Positions 1 through 11,600 of a DNA stretch of 64,000 nucleotides are shown piece after piece. Positions within the stretch are counted from its first letter, which is position 1, and each line of letters starts with the position of its first letter. The DNA comes from Eledone cirrhosa. Taxonomy: Eukaryota. The notes beneath the pieces were generated by a model. The model was not told the origin of the DNA, did no database searches, and saw nothing but the letters and a program-made list of their open reading frames with translations. Made by a program: the position numbers and the translations under genes. The stretch lies in NCBI GenBank assembly GCA_964016885.1, contig OZ024740.1, positions 19,034,001-19,098,000 of the forward strand, written 5' to 3'.

Positions 1-437
1 CATTATGTATGCATGAATGCATGCATAAATTCGTGCATACATGCATGCATGTATGCATGTATGTATATGTATATATATATTTCTTTTTCACCTGGGAGTG
101 AAAGGCCTCCAGTTGTCACAACACCTTTCTAAGAGAAGGAAACTGAAAAAACCCCGCGGCTTCAGAAACATCCGATGATGTTGATCAGTTCTCCTTTTCG
201 GGTAGCATTTTCGATGCTCAGAGAGTGGGATTGGTCGAGTGCAAGGCCTTTCCCCACTTAAAAAACCTTCAAAGCACAGGCATTGCTTGTTCAGGATATG
301 TTACAGGTTTGTGTGGCTGGCCGAAGCCTAAAAGTGTATCATTTTCTTAACCTGACAAGCGATTGCAGTACTCTTAGCAGAGTTTGCAGCCATCGTGTAT
401 ATATGATGTATATATGTCTGCATATTTTTAAGCCTGT

Positions 438-527
438 ATGTGTGTGTGTGTGTGTGTGTGTGTGAGAGTGTGTGTGTGTGTGTGTGTGAGTGTGAGTGTG
501 TGTGTGTGTGTGTGTGTTTGTGTGTGT
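438..527. repeat. (TG)n microsatellite
   Basis: Directly visible TG run with a few interruptions. Confidence 0.95.
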
Positions 528-669
528 ACGCAGTCGTATAATTACCATCGTGATGTGCAGCATATTAAACCCGGCGGTACCCATTCCTCTTTAGGTCTGA
601 ACACAGCCGACTTCTCCCCAAGAAGCAGAGAATGGTAGAGAGGAAGTGAAAAAGGAATAAAGAGAAATA

Positions 670-820
670 ATCGACCCAGGACTGGATTGATAGTATATCG
701 ACTCCGAAGGAAGGAAAGGCAATGTTAACCGCGGTGTGATTTGAACCCAGAGAGCAGAGAAAGACGGAGAGAATGGCAGAATGCATTCTATCCGACCTTC
801 AAACGACCCTGCCAATGTAC
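670..820 (-). mobile_element. Diverged copy of the tRNA-derived SINE
   Basis: tcgactccgaaggaaggaaaggcaatgttaacc...gatttgaacccag resembles the SINE core at 62397-62450. Confidence 0.5.
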
Positions 821-2092
821 TGTACCACCGTCTTCCATGTACTGTCGCGCCTTGTCCCCGTGAATACCTCACCAACATGGAACGCATACTCTTCCAGTTC
901 CTGTGGAAGAAACGGGCTCCACTGGTGAGGAGATCCGTCTGCTGACAACACCCTTCCAACGGAAGGCTGGGCATGCCGTGGCTAATAATGCGCAAACATG
1001 CGCTGAGGCTAAGGCATCTCTAGGTATTCCTCACCGACCAACCGGTGTGGGCACCGTTTGTGAGACAGGCCTTCCCACAACTTGTCTCGTTGACGGAGCT
1101 GCAGTCCTAGGGGAAGCGAAGACCGAAGATGGACGCCTGGCACATTGAATGCGCCGAGGCGCTCACAGTCCTCTGTCAAGCGGGCACAGCAATCAGTGGA
1201 GACTCCACTTCGACATTTTATAGAAGGTTAGTACGCCACAAGTGCGACGACGTGCTCGGAGAGACTCTAGGCGTCGAAGACGACGAGCTCACCAGTCTGT
1301 TCGGTAGGACACTCCGCCCGGGACCTATGGACAACTTCCAGAGGTCCCTGGCCTGGCAGTGCTACCGAGGAGCTCTACCCGTTCAAGATAAGATCTACAG
1401 GCACAGCCGCCCCGGCAGGGATCCTTCCAAGAGGACGTGTCTAAGATGCATGCAGGACATTGAAACTGTCCTGCACGCAATTGTACACTGCACGGGCGTA
1501 ACCGACCTGTGGAACTATGCAGAACAACGGCTATTGCGTATGGGACAAATTCAGTTGACTGCCGAGTCCATAGTAAGGATCAAACCGCCAGCCTCTTTCA
1601 AAAACGAAAGAGAGGCGGTTTTCCTCTGTACAGTGGCTATGGTGAAAGAGGTTATATGGTGGACGAGATTGAGAGGACTGAGGACAGATGCCTTTCTTTC
1701 CGGACAACAATTGAATCCCTTCTTTAAGTATCACTTTAGAAGAAGGATCAGAGTGGAGAGAGAGGCACTGCACCCCAGTAAATTTACTGAAAGGTGGGTG
1801 AATGAAGCGAAAATGGCTCGAGTGATTGGGCCTTCTTTGTTTATAAGCCTGTAGGTTAAAGAAGAGAGCAAAAGGAAGAAGGGAGAACTTGCACAACACG
1901 CTCCTGAAGTTGGGGGTTGTTCTATCGACGGGGTATTAAACAACCCATTTGTGGCGCCTCCCCCCTATTGAGGATTTCGATTGTTATAATTGTTTATTTC
2001 AATATTTTTATACGACTGTATGTAAAATCCCCGGCATGTGTCTTTGTATTGTCCCCTTTTCTTGTGCGCCCTTGCGGCAAATAAAGAAATAT
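820..2092 (+). mobile_element. Tx1/L1-clade LINE, 5'-truncated (copy a)
   Basis: C-terminal part of ORF2 (G.LGMP motif, cysteine-rich CxxC...H.IVHC), stop at 1854, 3' UTR ending AATAAAGAAA, then (ATCT)n. Confidence 0.9.
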
Positions 2093-2109
2093 ATCTATCT
2101 CTCTATCTC

Positions 2110-2156
<47 letters not shown>
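2093..2156. repeat. (ATCT)n tract between Tx1 copies a and b
   Basis: Directly visible. Confidence 0.95.
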
Positions 2157-2157
<1 letters not shown>

Positions 2158-3484
2158 GAAGTGGGCCGAGTGTAAACTATCTTTGAAAGGTCGAGCGGAG
2201 GTGGCGAACACTTTTATAGCGTCCGTCATCTACTACCGCTTGACCGTCGTGCCTTGTCCAGCCAAAACTCTCACCAAAATGGAGCGCGCGATCTTCCAAT
2301 TCCTTTGGAAGAAACGGGCTCCGTTGGTGAGAAGTTCCATCTGCTGCCAACACCCTTCAAACGGAGGGCTGGGGATGCCGTGGCTGACGATGCGCAAACA
2401 CGCGCTCAGACTGCAGCACCTCCACGTATTCCTCACCAGACAACCGGTTTGGGCCCCGTTCGTGAGGCGAGCCTTCCCACGACTCGTCTCGCTGACCGAG
2501 CTGCAGTCCTGGGTCAAGCAAAGACCGAGGAAAATGGGCGACTGGCACATCGACCGTGCTCAGGCGCTCACAGCCCTCTGGCAGGCGGACCCGGCGATTA
2601 GTGGAAAGTCCACTTCGTCATTCTATAGAGGGTTGATCTGCAGCAAGTGCGACAACACGCTCAGAGAAGCTCTAGGCGTAGAGGAAGACGAACTGGCCAG
2701 TTTTTCGATAGGACCTTCCGCCCGGGATCGATGGTCAACTTCCAAAAGTCCCTGGTCTGGCAGTGCTACCAAGGAGCTCTACCAGTTCGAGACAAGCTCT
2801 ACAGACATGGGCGCCCGGGCAGGGACCCTTCGAAAAAGATCTGTCCGAGGTGCATCCGAGACGAAGAAACCGTGGCGCACGCCCGGGCGTTACCGACCTG
2901 TGGGGCTATGTAGAACGACTATTGTCGTGGGTGGGACCAATCCGGTTGACCACCGAGTCCATTGTCATGATCAAACCGCCACCCTCCTTCAAAAACGAAG
3001 GAGAGGCGGTTTTCCTTTGTGTGATAGCTATGGCAAAAGAGGTTGTATGGTGGACAACGTTGAAAGGGCTGAGGTCAGACACCTTTCTCTCCGGCCAACA
3101 GCTGATTCTTTTTTTCAAATACCACTTTGGAAGAAGAATCAGGATGGAGAGAGAAGTGCTGTACCCCAGCAAGTTTTATGAAAGGTGGGTGAAAGTGGCG
3201 AGAATAGCCCGAGTGAATGGGCCTTCTCCCTACATCAGCCTGTAGGATTAGGAAAAAGAGGAAGAGAGGAAAGAGGTACAAACTCTTCGTACTTCTGGAG
3301 ATGAGGGCTGCACATTTTTGGGGGGGTATGTGTTACCCATATGAAATGTCTCCCCCTATTGAGGAAAATCGATTAATTTTTAAATTGCATTTGTGATAGC
3401 ACTTTACACGTTTTTATTGTATGTAAACTTCCCCCTTTGTATTTGTCCCCTTCTTTTGAGCCCCTGTGGCTAATAAAGAAACAT
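2157..3484 (+). mobile_element. Tx1-clade LINE, 5'-truncated and frameshifted (copy b)
   Basis: Starts directly after ATCT at the KWAECKLSLKGR region. ORF2 stop at 3245, AATAAAGAAA end, then ATCT 3485-3540. Confidence 0.9.
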
Positions 3485-3540
3485 ATCTATCTATCTATCT
3501 ATCGATCCAACCATCCATCCTTCTATCTATCTATCTATCT

Positions 3541-5640
3541 CGATAGGTTTTAGTAAAGAATTAGTGTTAGATAGAAATAAGACCCGAAAGGAACTGGAAG
3601 ATAAAGTAGAAGAGGCACTTAGGAGTGGAAACGTAGCCAGCGTCCTAGCGACGAAAACGGCCTTGGACCAGTTCTTCGACGCAAAGCACGAAGGCTGCGT
3701 TGTCAGGAGCAAAATACGTTCTCTGGAAAACAGGGAGCCAAAGCTGTTAGCTGGGCCCGAGTGCCGGAGGCGAAAAGTGGCAACAAGTCCACGATTCGGT
3801 CTTTGAAGGACCAAGACGGACGCGCGATACGTGAGCCGAAGCAAATGTGCGCGGCCTTTCAGCGGCACTTTGTGGTTCATACCTCGACGGCCTACCGCGA
3901 CTCTCGGACAGCGAGGCGAAGTTCTGCGAAGGGCCGATTTCGGCCGCTGAGATGGGGGAAGCGCTGAGCCAATGCGGCAAACGCAAACTCCAGGTCACGA
4001 CGGTCTACCCTACGAATTTTACGTAGCAATGCCAGACTTGTTCTCCGGTCTCCTGGAAGCGGTCTACTGCAACTGGCAGCAGAACGGGAGAATTCCCAGT
4101 TCTGTGACCAAGGGCGTAATCACGTTAGTCAGAAATGATGAGAACAAGGGGGATGACATAGGCAACTTTCGGCCCATAACTCTGCTCAACACAGAGTTAC
4201 AGATTTTGGCCAAGGTGTTGGCAAAGAGGCTGGCGCTTGTCGTCGAAAACCTGGTGGGAGAAGCGCAGACATGCGCAATCCCGACCATGTCCATACACGA
4301 CAAACTCATACGATACATCATAGAGAGGGTAGAGTGCAAACTATCCTTGAGAGGTCGAGCGGAGGTGGCGAACACTTTTATAGCGTCCGTCATCTACTAC
4401 CGCTTGACCGTCGTGCCTTGTCCAGCCAAAACGCTCACCAAAATGGAGCGCGCGATCTTCCAATTCCTTTGGAAGAAACGGGCTCCGTTGGTGAGAAGTT
4501 CCATCTGCTGCCAACACCCTTCAAACGGAGGGCTGGGGATGCCGTGGCTGACGATGCGCAAACACGCGCTCAGACTGCAGCACCTCCACGTATTCCTCAC
4601 CAGACAACCGGTTTGGGCCCCGTTCGTGAGGCGAGCCTTCCCACGACTCGTCTCGCTGACCGAGCTGCAGTCCTGGGTCAAGCAAAGACCGAGGAAAATG
4701 GGCGACTGGCACATCGAATGTGTTCAGGCGCTTACAGTCCTCTGGCAAACGGACCCGGCGATCAGTGGAGACTCCACTTCGACATTCTATAGAGGGTTGG
4801 TCCTCAGCAAGTGCGACGACACGCTCGGAGAAAGTCTAGGCGTAGAGGAGGACGAACTGGCCAGTCTGTTCGGTAGGACCTTCCGCCCGGGACCAATGGA
4901 CAACTTCCAAAAGTCCCTGGCCTGGCAGTGCTACCGAGGTGCTCTACCAGTTCGAGACAAGCTTTACAGACACGGGCGCCCGGGTACGGACTCTTCGAAA
5001 AAGATCTGTCCGAGATGCGTGCGTGAAGAGGAAACCGTCGCACACGCATTTGTACACTGCCCGGGCGTTACCGTTTGTGGGCTATGTAAAACGACTATTG
5101 TCGCGGGTGGGACCAATCCAGTTGACCACCGAGTCCATTGTCATGATCAACCGCCACCCTCCTTCAAAAACAAGGGAGAGGCGGTTTTCCTATATGTTAT
5201 GGCTATGGTGAAAGAGGTTATATGGTGGACGAGGTTAAAAGGGCTGAGGTCAACACCTTTCTCTCCGGCGAGCAACTGATTCGTTTTTTCAAATATCATT
5301 TTGGAAGAAGAATCAGGATGGAGAGAGGTGCTATACCCCAGCAAATTTTATAAAAGGTGGGTGAATGTGGCAAAGATGGCCCGAGTGGTTGGACCTCCTC
5401 TCTACATAAGCCTGTAGGTTGAGGGAAAAGAGGAAGAGAGGAAGGGAGTGCAGACTCTTGGTACTCCTGGAGATGAGGGTTGTACATTTTTTACGGGGTG
5501 TGTACAACCCCTCCCCTATTGGGAATTTCAATTGTTATTTGTTATTGTATTAATAGTTTTATTTTCATATACTTGTATGTAAACTCCCCATTTGTATTTG
5601 TCCCCTTCTTTTGTGCCCTGGTGGCTAATAAAGAAATTTA
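3541..5640 (+). mobile_element. Tx1-clade LINE, 5'-truncated with internal deletions (copy c)
   Basis: Has PG.DG and NFRPITLLN motifs, then jumps from early RT (RYIIERV) to the post-RT region at about 4330. 3' UTR with AATAAA. Confidence 0.9.
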
Positions 5641-5649
5641 TCTATCTCC

Positions 5650-8340
5650 TGATCGATAGACGTGTGTCACTTCGCTGCGAAGTTTTTACGGATTTACTAT
5701 ACAAAAAACTGTAAGTTTATTGTTGAATTTGATATTGCTGTTTAGCTTGACCCCTCGTCTGGGCTTTCAGATGGTCGGTTAACCCATTTTCGCCCCTTCC
5801 GGGGGCGAAATTTGCATTTGAAAAATTTGCTGTGAAAAATTATTTACACTTTAAATTAAATAATGGATGCCATTACTACTACACATTCAACTATGAATGC
5901 CACGCCCACTAAGAAAGGTGGTGGGGAGGAAGTAAGAGTACAAAGCTCGCAGCCTTCCCCACTCACCTTTGTGAACGTCGACATGTTTGAGAAGCATGTA
6001 AACACGGGATCAAACCCGAACAGTAATAACAACACCAACCAGAACAACAATGACAACAACACCACAACCAACACCAACACCATGAAAAATGCAAACGACA
6101 CCAACCAGAACAATATCAATAACAAGGACAACAACAACAACAATGATGAAAACAACACCAACACCAATAACAGCAACAAGGAAGACACCAACACCAAAAT
6201 GGAGAACCCCACGACCAAAATTTCTTTTGCACAAACTGTCCAAAATACAGAAATGTATACACCAATTGACATTTCGAATGCCAAGGAACTGTTAAAAGAC
6301 GCAAGGCAATACGTGACTTTGGGGGAGAATGGCGCTTATAGCATCACTTCTCCTCAAGAATTGCGTAGAGAAACTGTCCTGAAAACTATAGTTTTCAGGA
6401 CAATCTCAAATACCACCAGAAAACCAGCTCAATTAACGCAAAATGAAATTGAGCTGATTCTAAGAAACTACATGAAAGATATTACCTTCATACAGAAGGG
6501 AAAACTCTTCGGGAGTTTATCAGTGATAATGAAAGACCAATTGAAGGCACAGAAATATTCTGTGTCACCAATTGTGACCCCCCCCCCACCTCTATCTTTT
6601 TCCCCACATATATGGGAAAAAGGACACAAAAAATAAGAGTGTCAAGCATTAAACCAAATGTAAATATTTGGTGGATATTATGTGGTTTCATCAACTTTGA
6701 TGAAGACACATTAATTTCAATAGGAAAGTCCTCCAGGGACGTATTTGGTGGTACTAGCCTAGAAGTTCTAGTCCAAATGAGGCCAGAACGAATAGCTAGA
6801 ATACCACAACGTGTTCCTCGGGACGGAATTTCCTATATAAACATTTCTGTTGAAGGTAGGAGGCCTTCGTGTTACCACTGTTTAAGCAGTGGTCACCTGA
6901 GGGCTTCCTGTCCTCAGTTAACTGCCCTGAAAAAGAGGCACTACTGCCGACGCCCAACAAAACAACACAACCACCACCACCACAACAACAACAACAACAA
7001 CACACAAAAATAACCAAAACAAACCAAACCGCAAACACTGTCCCACCCAACCCCTTCCCACCTAAAACAACTCCCAAAACACCCACAAGCACAACAGCTC
7101 CCCAAAACGTACCCCTCCCCAATCACACAGACACCACAACGGACGAGACCCCCTCATCATCACTCAGTGATGATGAGGGAGAACCTCTCCGCTCGAAAAG
7201 AAAGAAAAAAAGACATAACACGAACAAAAAGGCAACAAATACACAACCACCAATACAAACAACACAAACATTACACCCTCCGCCCCCTCCTGAAAACAAA
7301 ACAACGACAACACTCCAAACACAAACACCTACAACAAAACGAAAACATACACAAGAACAACAGACAAAAACCAACACAACACAACAAAAACATTACACAT
7401 ACATAAATACTGAAAACAAAATTTTAATGGAGGTCATCTCCAAAAACCCTGCGGTGAAAACTAAATGGAAAACTTTTACAAACTGTTTGGACAAACTACT
7501 TTAAAATGATTAGGGTTCCGATGGACACATATAGGTCCATAAAAGAAAACTTTGATAAGGACGTGGGGAATTCATGCGTCAAACCCATGAACCGCGTCCT
7601 TTTGAAATGTTTCCCTACCCCCACCCCAGACACCCCAGCCCACCAGACAACCCCTCCCCACCAAACAACTCCGTTCCCACCCCGCCAGAAACCACCACCC
7701 TACCAAACAACCCCTCCAACACCCCATGGACATTGTGCAGCCTGGTCTCTAGGAAGCGAGGAGGTAAGTGAATTTTTTCCTCTTCTTTTCTAACTCTTCC
7801 TCACCAACATGGTCAATATAAGAGTCGGTTGTGTGAATGTGCGCCGCCTGGGGATGCCCTGGAAACAGGGCAAACTCTTAAACGACCTCAGGTCGCACAG
7901 TATGGATGTGGCAGTCATTTGCGAGTCCATGATCCACAGCGAGCGGCAGCTGGCCCCCATCTTCGACGACTTTGAGATCTACGCATCTCTCTGTTAGCCG
8001 GGGGTGGGGGCGGGGTTGCCGTTTTGCTGCGGAAACACCTGGACCTCGTAACACAGACAATACATCTAGACTATAGGTGAAAAAGATGAAAGACCAAGAG
8101 AGCACCCCTTCTCTCTGCTCCCGAGCAAAAGGGTTGCACACTTTTTTTCGGGGGTGTGTGCGACCCCCAAGGCGCCTCCTCTCTATTGAGGATTTTGTTA
8201 TAAATTCTATTCTGTTATATTATATTTTATTTTTATATTTTGTTATTGCCTCCTCCTTATTGAGGACGCCTTGTTTTGTAAACTCCCCCCATTGTACTTG
8301 TCCCACTTTTGATGCCCTGGTGGCAAATAAAAGAAACATA
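5650..8340 (+). mobile_element. Tx1-clade LINE with 5' UTR and ORF1 but almost all of ORF2 deleted (copy d)
   Basis: Frameshifted ORF1 5863-7767 with CYHCLSSGHLRASC zinc knuckle. APE start at 7809 (VGCVNVR), joined at about 8065 to the ORF2 stop and 3' UTR. Confidence 0.88.
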
Positions 8341-8682
8341 TCTATATATCTATCTACCTACCTACCTACCTACCTACCTACCTACCTACCTACCTACCTA
8401 CCTACCTACCTACCTACCTACCTACCTACCCACCTACCTACCTACCTTTCTACCTACCTACCTTTCTACCTATCTACCTACCTACCTATCTACCTACCTA
8501 CCTACCTACCTAACTACCTACCTACCTACCTCTCTACCTACCTATCTACCTACCTACCTCTCTACCTAACTACCTACCTACCTACCTACCTACCTCCCTC
8601 CTACCTACCTACCTACCTACCTACCTACCTACCTACCTACCTACCTACCTACCTACCTACCACCCTACCTACCTACCTATCT
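8341..8682. repeat. (ACCT)n/(ATCT)n microsatellite
   Basis: Directly visible. Confidence 0.95.
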
Positions 8683-11600
8683 CTGGGATGGACACACGCG
8701 TATAACTTGCTGAGTAAGTTCTGTTTAAATTTCTATAGAAATTCTTGTCTGTAAACTTTAATTTTTGTACCATTTTGTAGAGGGACTGCCAGGTCAAACT
8801 TTGATCTGGTCAGTCTCTCAAAATATTCTACGCCTTTAGGCGAAATAGTTAAACAAAAAAGTTTTTTTTCTTGTTGAAAAGTTAACATTTTTTAAAATGG
8901 CTGAAGCTTCTTCACCAAAATTCGAAGGAGGAAAGGGGAAGATAAATTTACAGCTTCCCCCTGCCACTGTCATAGTAGCAGAGGTCAAAAACAAAGGTCC
9001 GCCAGAGGAAGGATTTTCTCCATCTGCTGACCGACAACTTGACGTTACCATGGCAACAAACCAAAGAACCAGCAGCACCAGCAACAACAACAACAATGTG
9101 ACGGACGAAAACAACACCAATAACAATAACAACAACAACAAGACCAATAACTGTGATAACAACAACAATGATAGCAACAACACCACCAACTACAACAGCA
9201 ACACAAGCAGAGAAAGGGTCTCATTCGCCCAGACGGCAAGGAAAACCCTCGACTATCTGCCAGTAGATATAACCAAAGCGAAGGAGCTATTGGCAGATGC
9301 CAAAACATATATAGTGTACGGGGAAAATGGTTCATTCGAGATCCACCCCACCCCACCCCCCGGAACTAAAAAGCCAGAGACTCCCAAACACTGTCATGTT
9401 TAGGACAATCTCGAATAAAAGCAAAAAAACCAGCTCAACCATCACAGAGTGAGATAGAGCTGGTTTTAAAAGACGTCATGAAGGACATCACCTTCATTCA
9501 GAAGGATAGACTCTACGGGAGTCTATCCATTCTCATGAAGGACAGGGACACAGCAGTAAAACTGTCCATCAAACCAATCACATCCACCGCATACACCTTC
9601 TACCCTACGTACATAGGTAGAAGAACACAAAAAATAAAAATCCACACCATCCTGCCGATTATGGACATATGGTGGGTTTTGACAGGTTTCCTTAACCTGG
9701 ATGATGACACGCTGGTATCCATGGGAAAGGCATCGGGTGACGCGTTCAGTGGAACGAGCCTCGAACTTGTAGTTCAAATGAGGCCCGAAAGGATCGCCCA
9801 GATCCTTGAACGCGTCATACTGGATGATCAAACTTTCATCAACATTACCGTTGAGAGTAGGCGGCCCTCGTGTTACCTCTGCGGTACCAGAGGTCACCTG
9901 AGGGCTGTCTGTCCCCAACTTAATAAGAAAACCCCAATCCTGCCTACACCACCAACAACTGCACAACCAACACAATCACCACAACTACCACTACAAAAAC
10001 AACAACCACAGCTCAAACCAAAACAAAACAATGTCCAACCCATCCTCCCCACTCAAAAAAAAAACAATTTCCAAAACACCTGCACCGCAAACACAACCCG
10101 AAAATATACCCCTCCCCTCCAACGCGGAAGATGACCCTAGTTCGTCGTCAGACGAGGAGGAGCACTTCCACACAATCAAAAGAAAAAAAAGAAAACACAC
10201 CTCAGACACACAAATGACCCCCCCCCAAAAAAAAGAAAAACATAACACTGACACCAACACAAAAGAGCTCACAACAACAGCAAACAAAAAACACCACACA
10301 AAAACAAAAACATGCATACACATACATAAACACAAGAAACAAAAAACTGTTAAACATTGTGTACAACAACAATACAATAAAAACCCAAGGGCCTAACTTC
10401 ACCCAGGCAGGGGATTTCCCCCACCTCAAAATGATTAAGGCCCCACAGGACACCTATAAAACTTTAAAAAACAACTTTAAAGAGGACGTGGGTCGCCCCT
10501 GCGTCGGGCCCATTAACCGCGTCCTTCTAAAACCTACCCCCACCCCCTCCACAAACACCCACACAACTCCAAACAACCCAACCACACAACACACTGATGC
10601 CCCTACACTTCCACAAACCACCACCCCACCCAACAACCAATCCCCCACCCTAATGGAAATTGTGCAGCCCGATACCCGGGACGCAGAGAGGTAAGTGCCT
10701 TTTCTCTTCACCACCAATATGGCTATGCTAAGAGTAGGCTGTTTAAATGCGCGTGGCCTGGGCTCAACTTGGAGGCAAGCAATGCTTCTAAATGACCTCA
10801 GGTCACAACGTATAGATGTGATGGTTATTTGTGAGGCCCGGATCAGCAACGTGCGACAGCTGGCTCCCACCTTTGATGACTTTGAGATGCACGCATCTCT
10901 CTGTCAGCCCGGAGATGGGGGTGGGGTTGTCGTTCTGATGCAAAAACATCTGGGTTTCGCAACACAGATGGTGCATTTGGACCCGGAGGGTCGACTAGTT
11001 GTTCTGGACCTTGGCAGTGGTGAAGGCGGAGCGTTTAGGTTGGTAGCCGCCTACGGCCCTTTCGGGTCAATGCGGCCGGACTTCTTCCATCGTCTGGAGA
11101 CTTTTCTAGGGACGTCCCGCTATTTGATATTAGTGGGGGACTGGAATGGTATCCTTGATGCACGCTGGGACTACGTAGGGGCCTGTCCCGATAGAGAGGG
11201 GTGTAATAGCCTCAAAGGGTTAATCGGTCGATTTGATCTGGCCGATAGATATCGACTAGATTTTCCGACTGCGCCAACCTGGACTTGGGCAAATCGTAGC
11301 GGATCATCTAGGTCGTACCTAGATAGGTTCTTAGTTAGAATTAAGGATAAGGACTTTTTAAGTTGTCCAAAAATGCGCCTGGTTGGCTATTCAGACCACA
11401 AGTTAGTGACCTGCATGGTCAACCTTGACAGAACTCATAGACAGGGACCCGGTTACTGGAAGCTCAGCTTCTCCTTACCGGCCAGTAAGGCTTACAGGGA
11501 CCGGATTAGCACTTTAGTTAAGGAGCGGTTGACGGGCGCCATCGTCAACAGCAGGTGGTGGGGATCTCTCAAAAGAGAGATTAGAGTAGTCTCTATAGAA

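Noticed and set aside
5650-8340. Copy d as a retroposed spliced ORF1-only transcript
   Set aside because: It retains about 260 bp of ORF2 beyond the putative donor, and its junction is a microhomology rather than GT-AG, so it does not support the splicing hypothesis.
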